From: the human T2T-CHM13v2.0 reference genome, Homo sapiens
Strand: one strand, 5' to 3'
DNA length: 64,000 nt
Assembly: GCF_009914755.1 (NCBI RefSeq)
Contig: NC_060932.1
The notes under the pieces are model-generated. The model saw nothing but the letters and a program-made list of their open reading frames with translations. It made no database searches and had not been told where the DNA came from. Both the position numbers and the translations under genes were made by a program. This document shows, one piece after another, positions 25,463-41,532 of the stretch; the first letter of the stretch is position 1, and each line of letters opens with the position of its first letter.

Positions 25463-25990
25463 TGTGAAAATGAGCAAAGACCAACCAAATAGGAAAAACA
25501 AAGGCTATTTATACAGAGCTTGCTATAGCAAGCGGTCAACCACCATCACTGTGTTTTGGCAGAGACTGAAAGGCAGAGAGATGAGTGGGAAAACTTAATC
25601 GAGGAAAAAGCCAAGACTTCGAATGTGCTCTGAGTGGAGGCTGCTGGTCCAGGGAAGATGGAGGTGACTGACTAGAAGGAGTGTCCTATGTAATTGGAAC
25701 GGGGGTGCATCCAGCTTCCTCTGGTTAGTCCTAAGTTGGAAGTAGAGACAAAAGTTAAGGAAGCTGCCAGTTATTGATCAAGTCCTGGCTATTTTGGACA
25801 GATTATTACTGAATTGATTGTTTAGCTTTTTGGATTGTTACTAGACATAGTAATCTGGCCACTTGCAAGTGTGACTTACAACAAGCTGGTTTTCTGGGCT
25901 GTTTCTTATAGACTGGATGGTAGTTTCCTGGGAAGAATGCTTCAGGTTGTGTGTTGAAGCTCTATTTTCATATTGTCTGTCATTGTCTGT
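25463..25990 (-). mobile_element. Older ERV1-class LTR, family unresolved
   Basis: aaggctatttatacagagcttgctatagcaag motif typical of the reverse-complement LTR U5/poly(A) region. Confidence 0.45.
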
Positions 25991-26365
25991 TTTTGTCTCT
26001 CACAAGGTTAAGTTTTTTTCTTCATTAACTGGAAAAGATGTCCTAAAATTGAGCTCAGAAACACAAAAATTTACATTCTTTCAAATCAGGTTCATGATCA
26101 CAAATTCTAAACCTACTTATCCATATTATTGATATTCTCTGGCCTCAGTGAAGACTGCCTCATATATTATGACAGAGACCATAATTAGACTCCTCCACAT
26201 GATAACAGCTCCTATAGGATAAAATCTGCATATGGAAGAGACTTTAGAATGGTGTTTCCAAACAAAAGAGCAAGATTTCCTACAGGTAACTTTGCTATCT
26301 TCTCCCTAAGGACACTCCTCCTGCAAACACATTTTCCCCACACCACCTTTGAAAACAGCATTGTT

Positions 26366-28650
26366 GGGGTCGCTTCCAAGATGGCTGAATAGGAACAGCT
26401 CCAGTCTGCAGTTCCTAGCAAGATCAATGCAGAAGACAGGTGATTTCTGCATTTCCAACTGAGGTACTTAGTTCATCTCATTGGGACTGGTTGGACAGTG
26501 GGTGCAGCCCACAGGGGGCGAGCTGAAGCAGAGCAGGGCATCATCTCACCCGGGAAGTGCAAGGGGTCAGGTGATTTTCCTTTCCTAGCCAAGGGAAGCT
26601 GTTGCAGACTGTACCTGGAGAAACAGTACACTCCTGACCAAAAACTGCACTTTTCCCACAGTTTTAGCAACTAGCAGACCAGGAGATACCCTACCATGCC
26701 TGGCTCAGTGGGTCCCAAGCCCACAGAGCCTTGCTCACTGCTAGTACAGCAGTCTGAGATCGACCTGCGACACTGCAGCTTGATGGGGGTAAGGGCGTCT
26801 GCCATTGCTGAGGCTTGAGTAGCTCACAGTGTAAACAAAAAGGCTGGGAAGCATGAACTGGGTAGATCCCACCACAGCTCAGCAAGGCCTACTGCCTCTA
26901 TAGATTCCACCTCTGGGGGCAGGGCATAGTAGAACAAAAGGCAGCAGACAGCTTCTGCAGACTTAAACATCCCTGTCTGACAGCTCTGAAGAGAGCAGTG
27001 TTTCTCTCAACATGGCATTCGAGCTCCGAGAATGGATAGAATGCCTCCTTAAGTAGGTCCCTGACACCTGTGTAGCCTGACTGGGAAACGCCTCCCAGTA
27101 GGGGCCGACAGATGCCTCAACAGGCGGGTGCCCCTCTTGGAGGAAGCTTCCAGAGGAAGGATCAGGCAGCAATGTTTGCTGTTCTGCAGCCTCTGCTGGT
27201 GATACCCAGGCAAACAGGGTCAGGAGTGGACCTCCAGCAAACTCCAACAGACCTGCAGCTGAAAGGTCTATTAGAAGGAAAACTATCAAACAGAAAGGAA
27301 TAGCATCAACATCAATAAAAAGGACATCCACACCAAAATCCCATCTGTAGGTCACCAACATCAAAGACCAAAGTTAGATAAAATCACAAAGATGGGGAAA
27401 AATCAGAGCAGAAAAGCTGTAAATTCCAAAAAACAGAGCACCTCTTCTCCTCCAAAGGATCATAGCTCCTCTCCAGCAAGGGAACAAAAGTGGATGGAGA
27501 ATGAGTTTGATGAGTTGACAGAAGTAGGCTTTAGAAGGTTGGTAATGACAAACTTCTCTGAGCTAAAGGAGCATGTTCTAACCCATTGCAACCTTTAAAA
27601 AAGGTAAGACAGATGGCTAACTGAATAAACAGTGTAGAGAAGACCTTAAATGACCTGATGGAGCTGACAGACAAAGCACGAGAAATTTGTGACGCATGCA
27701 CAAGCTTCAATAGACAATTCAATCAAGTGGAAGAAAGGATATCACTGACTGAAGATCAAATTAATGAAATAAAGCGAGAAGACAAGATTAGAGAAAAAAG
27801 AGTGAAAAGAAATGAACAAAGCCTCCAAGAAATATACTTCTCAGAAGAAGACATTTATGCAGTCAACAGACATGCGAAAAAATGCTCATCATCACTGGTC
27901 ATCAAAGAAATGCCAATCAAAACCACAATGAGATACCATCTCACACCAGTTAGAATAGCAATCATTAAAAAGTCTGGAAACAACAGATGCTGGAGAGGAT
28001 GTGGAGAAATAGGAACGCTTTTACACTGTTGGCAGGAGTGTAAATTAGTTCAACCATTGTGGAAGATGGTGTGGCGATTCCTTAAGGATCTAGAACTAGA
28101 AATACCATTTGACCCAGCGATCTCATTACTGGGTATATAACCCAAATATAGATTATAAATCTACGCTACTATAAAGACACATGCACACATATGTTTATTG
28201 CAGCACTATTCACAATAGCAAAGACTTGGAACCAACCCAAATGTCCATCAATGATAGACTGGATTAAGAAAATGTGGCACATATATACCATGGAATACTA
28301 TGCAGCCTTAAAAAATGATGAGTTCATGTCCTTTGCAGGGACATGGATGAAGCTGGAAACCATCATTCTGAGCAAACTATCACAAGGACAGACAACCAAA
28401 CACTGCATATTCTCACTCATAGGTGGGAGATGAACAACGAGAACACATGGACACAAGGCGGGGAACATCACACACTGGGGCCTGTTGGTGGGTGGGGACT
28501 TCGGGGAGGGATAGCATTAGGAGAAATACCTAACATAAATGTCAAGTTGATGGATGCAGCAAACCAACATGGCACATGTATACCTATGTATCAAACCTGC
28601 ACGTTGTGCACATGTACCCTAGAACTTAAAGTATAATTAAAAAATAAAAA
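26366..28650 (+). mobile_element. L1PA6-like element with intact 5'UTR, partial ORF1 and a large internal deletion
   Basis: 5' end with YY1 site caagatggc; ORF1 start MGKNQSRK at 27392; jump to the ORF2 C-terminus at 27835/27836; 3'UTR and A tail; TSD gaaaacagcattgtt (26351-26365) / gaaaatagcattgtt (28651-28665). Confidence 0.95.
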
Positions 28651-28755
28651 GAAAATAGCATTGTTACCATTGTCCCTAAAATTTTTCATCTTACTCCCAA
28701 TTCTCCAAGAAATACAAATGCCAAGGCTGTTAAATAACTCCCACTTAGCTTTCCC

Positions 28756-29040
28756 TTTTTTTTTTTTTTTTTTTTTTTTGAGACAGTCTCGCTCTGTCAC
28801 CCAGACTGGAGTGCAATTGGCATGATCTTGGGTCACCTCCGCCTCCCGGGTTCAAGCGATTCTCCTACCTCAGCCTCCCAAGTAGCCGGAATTACAGGCA
28901 TGCACCACCACACCCAGCTAATTTTTTGTAGTTTTAGTAGAGATGGGGTTTCTCCATATTGGTCAGGCTGGTCTTGAACTCCCAACCTCAGGTGATCCGC
29001 CCGCCTTGGCCTCCCAAAGTGCTGGGATTACAGGTGTGAG
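28756..29040 (-). mobile_element. AluSp-like, slightly 5'-truncated
   Basis: tctccatattggtcaggctgg diagnostic; TSD-like agctttcc. Confidence 0.92.
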
Positions 29041-29433
29041 AGCTTTCCTTATAAATACTTTTATTAAATACTTTTATTCTTACACAAATTCTTCCTTCCT
29101 TGTCTCAGAGAATAAGATTTCTTCTCCTTTCCTGAGTCAGCCCATCTGTGCTTTTAAAACTACTTCCACTTCTTTATGATCTTACTCTACAATTGTTTAT
29201 CTTTTTCTCCAGCACCTTCCTCTTCTCTCTTCAGGTTATTTTAAGTCAATAAATATTTATGGAGCACCCCTCTGTGTCAGGTACCATGCTGGTCACTGAG
29301 AATATAAAGAAGAGTAACATGCATCCCTACCATTTCTAGGGGAGGAGAAAAGGGCTTCCCACTGCCTGAGAACATGGTGGAGAGACAAGAGTTTTTCACT
29401 GTGGCCCTTGCATGTCCTTGTTCCTGTAGCTGG

Positions 29434-30101
29434 TGTGAAAGGAAAATAAATCTTGGGGCCCCAGGCTCACTAAGCCAAAGTGAAAAGTCAAGCTGGGAAC
29501 GGAGTCACACAAAGCTGCCTCTCCTTTTTTTCTTAAATAAGATAGGTACAGAGATAAAAGAGCTACATACCTCCCTCACCATGTGCCCACAATGGGCTCC
29601 AAGATCTTTACCCTAAAACAGCTTTGTTGAATTTCATCCTGACAATGTAAGTTGATAGCTTATTTATCTTCACAAGCATGGAACAAAGGACAGAACTTAA
29701 AGTCATCCCTCTGCTCACCTGAGACAAATGTATTGCTTCCTCTGCCCTATGTTTATTTTATCTTACATAAAAATGCAGTTTCACTGAGCGAGAAAAATGC
29801 ATAAGTGACTATTTCTGTACTTCTTTCTCACATGTAAGATGTGTATTCAATAAATGGTGATCAAAGACTCAAAAGAATGCAACTGCTTGCCTCTTATCTA
29901 CCCACACCCTTATAAACTTTTTTTACTCTTTTCCCAATATATGCCCTTTTCTCTTAAAATATTGAGGTCCCAGACCCTCTTTGGAAAAAGCATGAACCAC
30001 AGTTTTTCGTATGGTTCCATGTCTTTTTCCCAGGTGCATCCTTAACCTTGGCGAATAAGCCTTTTAAAATGATTGAGACTCACCACTGTCTTTGATTTAC
30101 A
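29434..30101 (+). mobile_element. ERV1 solo LTR (MER4A-like)
   Basis: TGTGAAAGGAAAATAAATCTTGGGGCCCC...AAGTCAAGCTGGGAAC; TSD ctgg/ctga. Confidence 0.8.
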
Positions 30102-30477
30102 CTGACCAATAAAATCCAAATTGCCCAAACAGTGGCTGCACATCCACAGAACAATCCCTTCCTTCTCAGAGAATCATCCAAGTTAAACTAGTTAAACTTT
30201 CACAAAATGCCTCTTGCCCAAGTCTTGTAAAACATTTCACTCTTGTTCCCTTAGTTAGACCGCTCTCTCAGGGCCTTCTAGTCCCTGGGATTTTTGAAGA
30301 AAGCCCTATGCTAATGGTAGTGTTGATTTTCACAATTTTTGATGCTGTGACTTAGATAGGGCTTGACCCTGCTACTCAGCATCAGCACAAGACAGCAACT
30401 TTAGAGAGACTGTTTAAAGAACAACCACAATTACATGAGGTCAAATCCTTTTAACAAGTTCCTTATTGTATATATAA

Positions 30478-30806
<329 letters not shown>

Positions 30807-30809
30807 TAA

Positions 30810-32070
30810 ATGTACATAATATATATTCCTAGTGGTTTTGCTTTTCTGATTGAATTTGAATTGATACAGAATTTGGCACCAAGAAAGAGTTTCAGATGGA
30901 CAACATCTTAAGGACAAGTTCTTTGAATTGAATATGGAGTTGGTTTTCAATTTGATTAGACTTGAAGGCATTAATGACCCTGTTTCCAGCGGCAAAGGGG
31001 CAGAACATGGCAATCAGTTGCAAAAGTCATGCAAATTTTTAACTACATTTACCCATAGAAGAGAAGTCTCTTGGGGACAAAGTATTTACTACTCTAGAAC
31101 ATTTTAGCAAAATGCAGAGTAAAATGGAGTAGGTTGGTTTCTTCTAAATGTGCTGTAGAACTTAGGGGGAAAAAAATGAGTTCAGGGCTTTAAATTCCCA
31201 GGTTAATATCTGCATAAGGACCTGAAAAGCTCCTATGACTGCCTTAAAAACAATACGGGCCAGGGGCAGTGACTCACGCCTGTAATGCCAGCACTTTGGG
31301 AGGCTGAGGTGGGAGAATTACTTGAGGCCAAGTGCTCAAGACCAGCCTGGGCAACATAGTGAGAATCTGTCTCTACAACATTTTTTTAAAATTATCCAAG
31401 TGTGGTGGCACGTACTTGTAGTCCTAGCTACTTGGGAGGCTGAGGTGGGAGGATCACTTGAACCCAAGAGTTTGAGGTTAAAGTGAGCTATGATTGTGCC
31501 ACTGTTCTCCAGCTTGGGTGACAGGGCAAGGTCTTGTCTCTAAAATAAATAAAAAACTTAAAAAAAATTCTTATCTCCTGTGACTACAGAACTGAGATTC
31601 TGAAAAACGAATTCAAAGTTTATCTTGCTGGTGGGTGAATTACAAGGCAAACTGAATACTCAAACTTGCATGGTCTATTTTGTTAAAATTAGGGCAATGA
31701 TTGGGAAGGAATGAGATTCTAAAAATTGGGATTGGGTCATATGGACAGATTCTGATAAATCTGGAGACCTTGTACCCCCAAATTCCACCAAGCCTTCTTT
31801 GCACTTCTACTGCTGCTGCCTGAAGAACTCTAATAACTTTCACTTGGCTGCTTTACAAAGGGCTGCTGGTGCTCTCCAGGACATACTCCCACCACAGGTC
31901 CCTGAGGGCCTCAGAGGGTGAGACTCAAAATGTGGCCTGTAATGAGATGCAATGAACACCAAAATAACTGCATGATTTTCCAACTTATATTGACATAAAC
32001 CTGAGGAATATATGTTAGAACTGATCTTCAGGGTGTGGAATCAGAGTAGAGAAAATACAATGTTGGATCA
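30810..32070 (+). mobile_element. MLT2-like LTR end followed by degenerate ERVL internal sequence, interrupted by an Alu
   Basis: ...ttgataca|gaatttggcacc LTR-to-internal junction; gag-like remnants. Confidence 0.45.
31258..31567 (+). mobile_element. AluJ
   Basis: Dimeric Alu with J diagnostics (gagctatgattgtgccactg). Confidence 0.92.
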
Positions 32071-32072
32071 AT

Positions 32073-32441
32073 AAATAAAGACACACCCAAGACTGGCTAA
32101 TTTATAAAGGAAAGAAGTTTAATTGACCTACAGTTCCACATGGCTGGAGAGGCTTCATAATCATGCCAGAAGATGAAGGAAAAGCAAAGGAACATCTTAC
32201 ATGGTGGCAAGCAAGAAAGAATGAGAGCCAAGAGAAAGGGGAAACCCCTTATAAAACAATCAGATCTCATGAGACTGATTCATGACAATCAGACTCATGA
32301 GACACTACCATGAGAACAGTATGGGAGAAACCACCTCCATGATTCAATTATCTCCCACCAGGTCCCTCCCACCACATATGGGAATTATGGGAGCTACTAT
32401 TCAAGATGAGATTTGGGTGGGGACATAGCCAATCCATATCA
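32073..32441 (-). mobile_element. THE1B-like LTR, incomplete
   Basis: aaagacacacccaagactggctaatttataaagg...gccaatccatatca. Confidence 0.85.
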
Positions 32442-32482
32442 GAAGGCATTCATTATGTGTGTCTGGAAATTAGAATGAGTTA

Positions 32483-32842
32483 TGCAATGAACTGAATATG
32501 TAACTCCCAAATTCATATGTTGAAACTTAAATCCCAGTGGGATGGCATTTGGAGGTGGGGTCTTTGGGAGGTAATTAGTTCATGAGGGTAGAGCCCTCAT
32601 GAGTGGGGTTAGTGCCCTTATAAAAAGAGGCCAGAGGCTGAGCTAGCTCTCTTTAGGCCAGGCGAGGAACAACAAGAAGACAGTTACCTATAAACCAGGA
32701 AGAGGCTCCTTACCAAGAACCTGATCCTGCTGGCACCCTAATCTTGGACATCCAACCTCCAGATCTGTGAGAAATAAATGTTTGTTGTTAAAGCCACACA
32801 GTCTATGGTATTTTGTTATAACAGCCTGAGCTGACTAAGATA
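32483..32842 (+). mobile_element. MLT1A-like LTR
   Basis: caaattcatatgttgaaac...gtctatggtattttgttataacagcctgagctgactaaga. Confidence 0.8.
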
Positions 32843-33814
32843 GGTTATCACTTGTTTTTCAGATTTAGCCATATGCTAAAGTGAGCATTTTATTCATTGC
32901 ACATTCATGTCACATACTACCAGAAAAGACAAGCAGAAGCTGAAAATAAAATGTGGAGGCCTAGCAAAACCTTCCACACTCATCTTAATGCAACTATTAA
33001 ATGCTTCATTAAAAATTTTTAGAAATCTAGGGAAAATATATGACTAAATGGGGTGCTAAACTTCTCGCATTAATGAGGATTGTTCTGAGCAAGTGGAAAC
33101 ATAAGGAATTCTACCTATAAGCAAATTCCTGTCATACTTTTAAATTTTTATGCCCAATTATTTATATGGGTTATGATTTTGTACAATTACTTATCACTCA
33201 GTGCTTTTGTTACACATTTAAATGAAACAAACTTGTGTGGCCTCTATGATGATGTCTGTAAAATAATTAAATACCAGACCTGGAGCTGAGCTGCAGTAGA
33301 CAAGGACATTTAATCCCAGGCTACAGAAATCATAAAAGCATCTATTCTCTTCCAAGTGGCCAGCCAACATAGTATCCAATGTGAAAGGAGTTTTGTCCCC
33401 CAGGAAACAAGGAAATAAAACCCTTTTTTGTGACAACATAAAGCTGAAAATGGATCTTAAAAATGGACGGTCAGAAAAAGAACCCTCAAAGAGAAACAAA
33501 CACCTTCAGGGCTGAGAAAATGAAAGGAAACCATTCCAACGGCAATAAGGAGCAGGCAGTGGGCATGTGGCTGGAGGAAAGCAACCTTCTTTAAACAGTC
33601 AATGCAAGCTCTGAATGTAAGGTCTGGAATTTGACTATTTACAGTCTGAGAAGCTGTGAATATTCTGCAGTTAAATATGAGGCACAAATTCAGGGAAATA
33701 TGTGCAGCAATTCTGGCCCCTGTGAGACATGGACCATGTAGAGCCCACAGATGAAGCTCTGTGGAATGAGAAAACTCAAAAATAGTAAGAATAGCTAACC
33801 TTTATAGGTGACAT

Positions 33815-34239
33815 TGATGCAAGTAAACCCCTAAATTGGAGCTCAGCTCAGGAGTTTTCTTGATAGTGAAAGAAAGCAGGTTTATTAGGGCAACAGTGTA
33901 CAGCAAAATGGCTGCTCCATAGACAGAGCAGGGCTACTACATAGGCAGAGTAGCACTCGTGAATTGCTGGCTAGCTATATTTATACCTACTCCTAACTAT
34001 ATGCTAAATAAGGGGTGAGTTATTCATGAACTTTCTGGAAAGAGGGCAGAGAGTTCCCTGAACCATATAAGGTAAATTCTGGGCATTGCCATGGCATTTG
34101 TGAATTGTCACGGCACTGATAGGAGTGTCTTATAGCATGTAAATGTATTATAATTCCTAGTCCTAGCTGTTTTTAGCTGGTTTCTCTGCTTCATCCTACA
34201 GCAGGGCCCTGAAAACAATCCTGCTGCTCTCCTACCTCA
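33815..34239 (-). mobile_element. ERV1 solo LTR (family unresolved) inserted in a MIR
   Basis: Minus strand starts TGAGGTAGGAGAGCAGCAGG and has AATAAA; MIR-like flanks. Confidence 0.65.
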
Positions 34240-34728
34240 ATGTGATGTCTTGTGATTAGACCTTAGGGGAAAACAAATTATCCTAATTTTTCAGATAAGA
34301 AAACTGAGTCACACAGGGGATAAATCATTTGTCCAAGGTCACTCAACTAGATAAGAAGCTATCCCATCCGACTACTGTGCCTGTGTTCACCACTACCCTA
34401 CATTCCCTCATCTGAGAATAAACATCTCTCTGGGCTGCTGCAACTGCCACAAAGGCTTGTTGCTTTTTTAATAGCTCCTTGAGAGACAGAATAGTAAATT
34501 ATAATTAGAAACCCACCAAATAGCATTTATGGTTGCTGTACCTGGTTAACTTACACTACCTAAAGCTTGTGAAGTTCTTGTTTCATTGGGTGGAAGGATA
34601 CTCTTGACAAGTCATTGTTGTTTTCATAAAGTCCCAAACTGTATAGCTTCAAATTAATGCTACTTATCAATATCTCTATGGTGCACACATCACGTGAATA
34701 TTTTGGAAAATTTCAAGTGCTCAGGAGG

Positions 34729-35100
34729 TGTATTAGTTTGTTCTCATACTGCTATGAAGAAACACCCGAGACTTAGTAATTTATAAAGGAAAGAGGTTTA
34801 ATTGACTCACAGTTCAGCATGGCTGGGGAGGCCTCAGGAAACTTACAATCTTGGCCGAAGCAAAGGAGAAGTTGGCTTCTTCTTCACAGGGAGGCAGGAC
34901 GGAGTGAGCGCAAGCAGGGGAAATACCAGATGCTTATAAAACCATCAGATCTCATGAAACCCACTTATTATCACAAGAACAGCATGGGGGAATTTTCCCC
35001 CTCCACACTTGGTCTCACCCTTGACATGTGGGAATTATGGAGATTAAGGGGACTACAATTCAGATGAGGTTTTGGGTAGGGACACAGCTGACCCACATCA
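34729..35100 (-). mobile_element. THE1D/MSTA-like solo LTR
   Basis: tgtattagtttgttctcatactgctatgaag...acccacatca. Confidence 0.85.
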
Positions 35101-36120
35101 GAGGGGGCGGGACAGCAAGCATCTTCCCTTATAGGAGGAAAAAGATGTGGCACCCTTGGCTGGTACAGTGAGTGATTGACATGTGCTGTTTTTCTTGCTA
35201 TCCAGAAGTCACTATGTGAGATACTGTGAAATATATATTTAGTCTTTATCCCCATTTCCTGTCTTACAACCTTAAAATCCTTGGAATCTCCAAGCACTTT
35301 CTGTATGCTATTGTTGATAGATAGCTTCAGTGTGGGGCTGGTCACTGGAAAAGAAAGAGCTTGATTCAAGGGTTGGGACTTTCAGCCCCACCCCCAACCA
35401 CCAGGGAGGGTGAGAGGGGGTGGTGCTGAAGGTCAAGTTGATTACCAGTGGCCAATAGTTTAATCAATCATGCCTGCATCATGAAGTTTCCATAAAACCC
35501 AAGAGGACTGGTTTGGATAGCTTCCAAATAGCTGAACTTGTAGAATAATTTCCTGAAGGGTGCCCTGCCCAGGGAGGGCATGAAAACTCTGTGCCCCTTC
35601 CTGCATACCTCGCCCCATGCATGTCTTCATTTGTATCCTTTATAATAAATGTGTAAGTGTTTCCCGAGTTCTATGAGCTGCTCCTGAACCCAAAGAGCCC
35701 TAGGGGCAAGGGAACCCCAATTTGAAGCTGGTTAGTCAAAATTCCAGAGACCTAAAATTGGTATCTATGGGGAGTGAGGAAGTCTTGGAGATTGAGCCCT
35801 CAACCTGTGAGATCTGCTGCTATCTCCTGGCAGATAGTGTTGGGATTAGATTGGAGGACACTAGCTGGTGTCCTGTAGAACTGACTGCTTGCTTGCTGAT
35901 GCGGGAGAAATCCCCACATATTTTGGGGTCTGTGGGGTTATGATATATATTGGTTTTCACCCACAGTTCCTAGCTCATAGCTCCCATAGCCCTTGTTGCA
36001 GTCTTTTGTTATCAAGTTGGGTGTGTTAGGCCTCAGAGGCAGCCCTCTGACCCTCTTCTGCCTTCTTTCACTCTAACATTCCCCGCCTTTCTGATTGTGA
36101 CTCCTGAGATTCTCCCATGG

Positions 36121-36433
<313 letters not shown>

Positions 36434-36683
36434 TGAAGCTTCCATAAAAACCCAAGAGGACAGGGTTTAGTGAGCTTCCATAGCTGAACACGTGGAAGTT
36501 CCTGGAGGGTGGTGCCCTGGGGAGGACACGGAAGCTTTGCATTCCTTCCCCCATACCTTGCCCTCTGGATCTCTTCATCTGTATCCTTTGCAATATCCTT
36601 TATAATAGACCAGTAAACATAAATAAGTGTTTCCCTGAGTTCTGTGAGCTGCTTCAACAAGTTAATCAAACCCAAAGAGGGGT

Positions 36684-37416
36684 TGTTACTGGGTAGCTAG
36701 ACAGGCATCAGCAGGGCAGGAGAGGGCTCCCTCTCCCTGCAACACACACACCAGGGGTGTCAGGCACCCATCTGGTGAGGGCCAGGCAATTGTTAAGCTG
36801 TCTCTCTAAAATAAGAAATAAAATAAATAATAAAATAAGTTGCAGCCAGTGCCAGGGAAAGACAGTCTCCCAATAGACAGAAACACCTGAAACTGGTGAT
36901 CAGCTTCCTGATAAAATCTCAGGAGTTGGGCAAGTGGGCTCAAGCATGTGCACCAAGAAGCAAAATGATGGAGTTTCACTGCTCTATGACTTTCCTCTAG
37001 GAATGCTAGACTGGTAAGGAGAAACACCTCAAGTGAGCAGGCATACAACTCCAGTAAACACACTGCGCCTGCAGCCCCTCCCAGGTGCTGCAGGCCATTG
37101 TGCATGTGGAAAGCTCACACCCGGGAAGAATTGTGGGAAAGGGATGCAACACCCTGAAAGCCTGCCAACATATAAGACCCCAAGTCAAAGGTCAAACAAT
37201 GCACTTGATCTCTCAAGTCACCCACTTGGTCCTTTTCCAAGTGTTCTTTACTGCCTTTTGTTCCTGCTCTAAAGCTTTTTAATAAACTTTCACTCCTGCT
37301 CTAAAATTTGCCTCAGTCTCTCACTCTCTGCCTTATGCCCCTTGGTCAAATTCTTTCTCCTGAGGAGGCAAGAACTGAGGTTGCAGCAGACCTGTATGGC
37401 TACACCACCAGTAACA
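36684..37416 (+). mobile_element. ERV1 solo LTR (MER50-like) in MER21A
   Basis: TGTTACTGGGTAGCTAGACAGGCAT...AATAAA...CCAGTAACA; 9-bp inverted termini. Confidence 0.75.
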
Positions 37417-38530
37417 TGGGGACCCCAACTTGAAGCTCATCAGTCAGAAGTTCTGGAGGCTCAGAATTAAGACTGGTGTGTGGGGAGGAGCAGTTAGGGA
37501 CTGAGCCCTCAATCTGTGAGATCTGACACTGTCTCTGGGCAAATACTGTCAGAACTGAATTAGAGGACACCCAGTCTGTGTCCACTACTTGGTGTCTGGG
37601 GAAAAAAAACCCACACATTTTGTTACAGAAGTCTTCTGTGTTGATGATTGTTACGCTGTGAGAGTAGAGAAAAAACAGAGTTTTTTTCTACACAAGGTCA
37701 TATAAGTCTTCTGTGTTGATTGCTGTGGTATAAGAGCAGTGGAGAACAGCTTGAAGGTTTTTTCAAAACAGTATGTCTTGTTTTTTTTTGCCAAATTTTA
37801 CAATAATATTTATGTTAATATTTGCCCTAAACACTTTTTTTGTGGATCTAGTGTATCCCAGGTTTTGTTCATCTCTTTCTCCATTTAAACCAGAATTTTT
37901 TTCCCAAGAAGTAGACCTGGAGTGCTCGTCACATACCCAGAGAAGAACTTCTCCCCTGACTTCAATAACTAAGAAATTGTTGGAGTCAATAAACATTGTC
38001 TCTGAATGAACTAAAGATAAAAACCTTCTCTGTGCAAAAATAAATTTATTCTTTTCTGGTTGGAAACACTTTTAATTGCCTTCACAAATGAAAGAACTCA
38101 TGCTCTAACTTGACTGTTATTCTGCTTTTATTACCATATAACTAGCTTTTAAATTCAATATATGACTCAAGTTCATGCAAATTATAGAAAATGTTCATTT
38201 TCAGAAAACTAAAGTCTAGAGTTTAAATTTTTTTATACTCCAATAACTAAGCAGTTTAAATTATGAGCATTACAGGAATCCTGACATTTTGATTAGACTA
38301 CCTATGTTTAATCTTAAAGTGCATATTAATTCTCAAGACATTGACCATCAAATTTCATTCATTATAAATTATTCTTGGTTTTAAAGGAAAAAATAGTAGA
38401 TAAACTTATATTTGTAGATCATGTTTTACTTTCTCTTCATTTTCTGATGTTTTGTAATAAACAAGTGATAAAAGATGGATATTCAACAAAATGCTTAAAA
38501 ATAAGTTAGTAAATATTATGTCCTCTGGAG

Positions 38531-39057
38531 CAGGTGTCCCAAACCCCTGGGCCATGGACCAATATCAATCCATGGCCCATTAGGCACTGGGCTGCACAGC
38601 AGGAGGTGAGCTGCAGGTGAAGCAAAGCTTCATCTGTATCTACAGTCACTCCCCATTGCTTGCATCACTGCCTGAGCTCCACCTCCTGTAAGATCAGTAG
38701 CAGCATTAGATTCTCATAGGAGTGCAAACCTACTGTGAACTGCACATGCGAGGGATATAGGTTTCACACTCCTCATGAGAATCTAATGCCTGATGATCTA
38801 TCATTGTCTCCCATCACCTCCCAGATGGGACCATCTAGTTGCAGTAAAACAAGCTCAGGGCTCCCACTGATTCTACATTATGGTGAGTTATATAATTATT
38901 TCATTATATATTACAATGTAATAATAATAGAAATAAAGTGCACAATAAATGTAATGTGCTTGAATCATCCCGAAACCATCCCCTTCCTGCCTTAGTCTGT
39001 GGAAAAATTGTTTTTCATGACACTGGTCCATTATGCCAAAAAGGTTGAGGACCACTG
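38531..39057 (+). mobile_element. MER1A hAT-Charlie MITE, complete
   Basis: 527 bp, CAG...CTG TIRs, perfect 8-bp TSD ctctggag. Confidence 0.9.
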
Positions 39058-39202
39058 CTCTGGAGAATATGCACCTCTTAAACAAATTTAAAATTTTGTT
39101 GAAATAATTTTTCATTGCTCAAGATGCTGACTTCTTGAAATCAAAAGGAACTACACATGCAAAGAGTCAGGAAAATATAGTTCATAATAAGAAAAAAAAA
39201 TA

Positions 39203-41051
<1,849 letters not shown>

Positions 41052-41418
41052 TGTATTAGTCTGTTCTCACACTGCTGACAAAGACATACCCAAGACTGAG
41101 TAATTTATATATATAAAAAAAAAGGTTTAACGGACTTACAGTTCCATGTGGCTGGGGATGCCTTACAATCATGGCAAAGGCAAAGGGCACATCTTCCATG
41201 GTGGCAGTCAAGAAAGAAAATGAGAATCAAGCGAAAGGGGTTTCCCCTTATAAAACCATCAGATCTCATGAGACTTATTCACTACCACAAAAACAGTATG
41301 GGGGAAACTGCTCCCATGATTCAAGTATCTCCCACTGGGCCCCTCCCACAACATGTGGGCATTATGGGAACTACAATTAAAGATGAGATTTGGGTGGGGA
41401 CAGAGCCAAACCATATCA
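41052..41418 (-). mobile_element. THE1B-like 5' LTR
   Basis: tgtattagtctgttctcacactgctgacaaagac...ccaaaccatatca, contiguous with THE1-int. Confidence 0.9.
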
Positions 41419-41532
41419 CATTTATATGATAGAATCCTATTCAACAATTATTTTTAAAAATTCAGTTGAGCATTTCTAGACAAAGAAAGACTAAGCAAAT
41501 AGAATACAATATAAATATGATGGGAAACATAT

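Noticed and set aside
27825-27845. L1 internal deletion as a spliced (GT-AG) product
   Set aside because: Relative to the recalled consensus, the removed segment starts GG and ends AC; shifting the junction does not give a GT donor.
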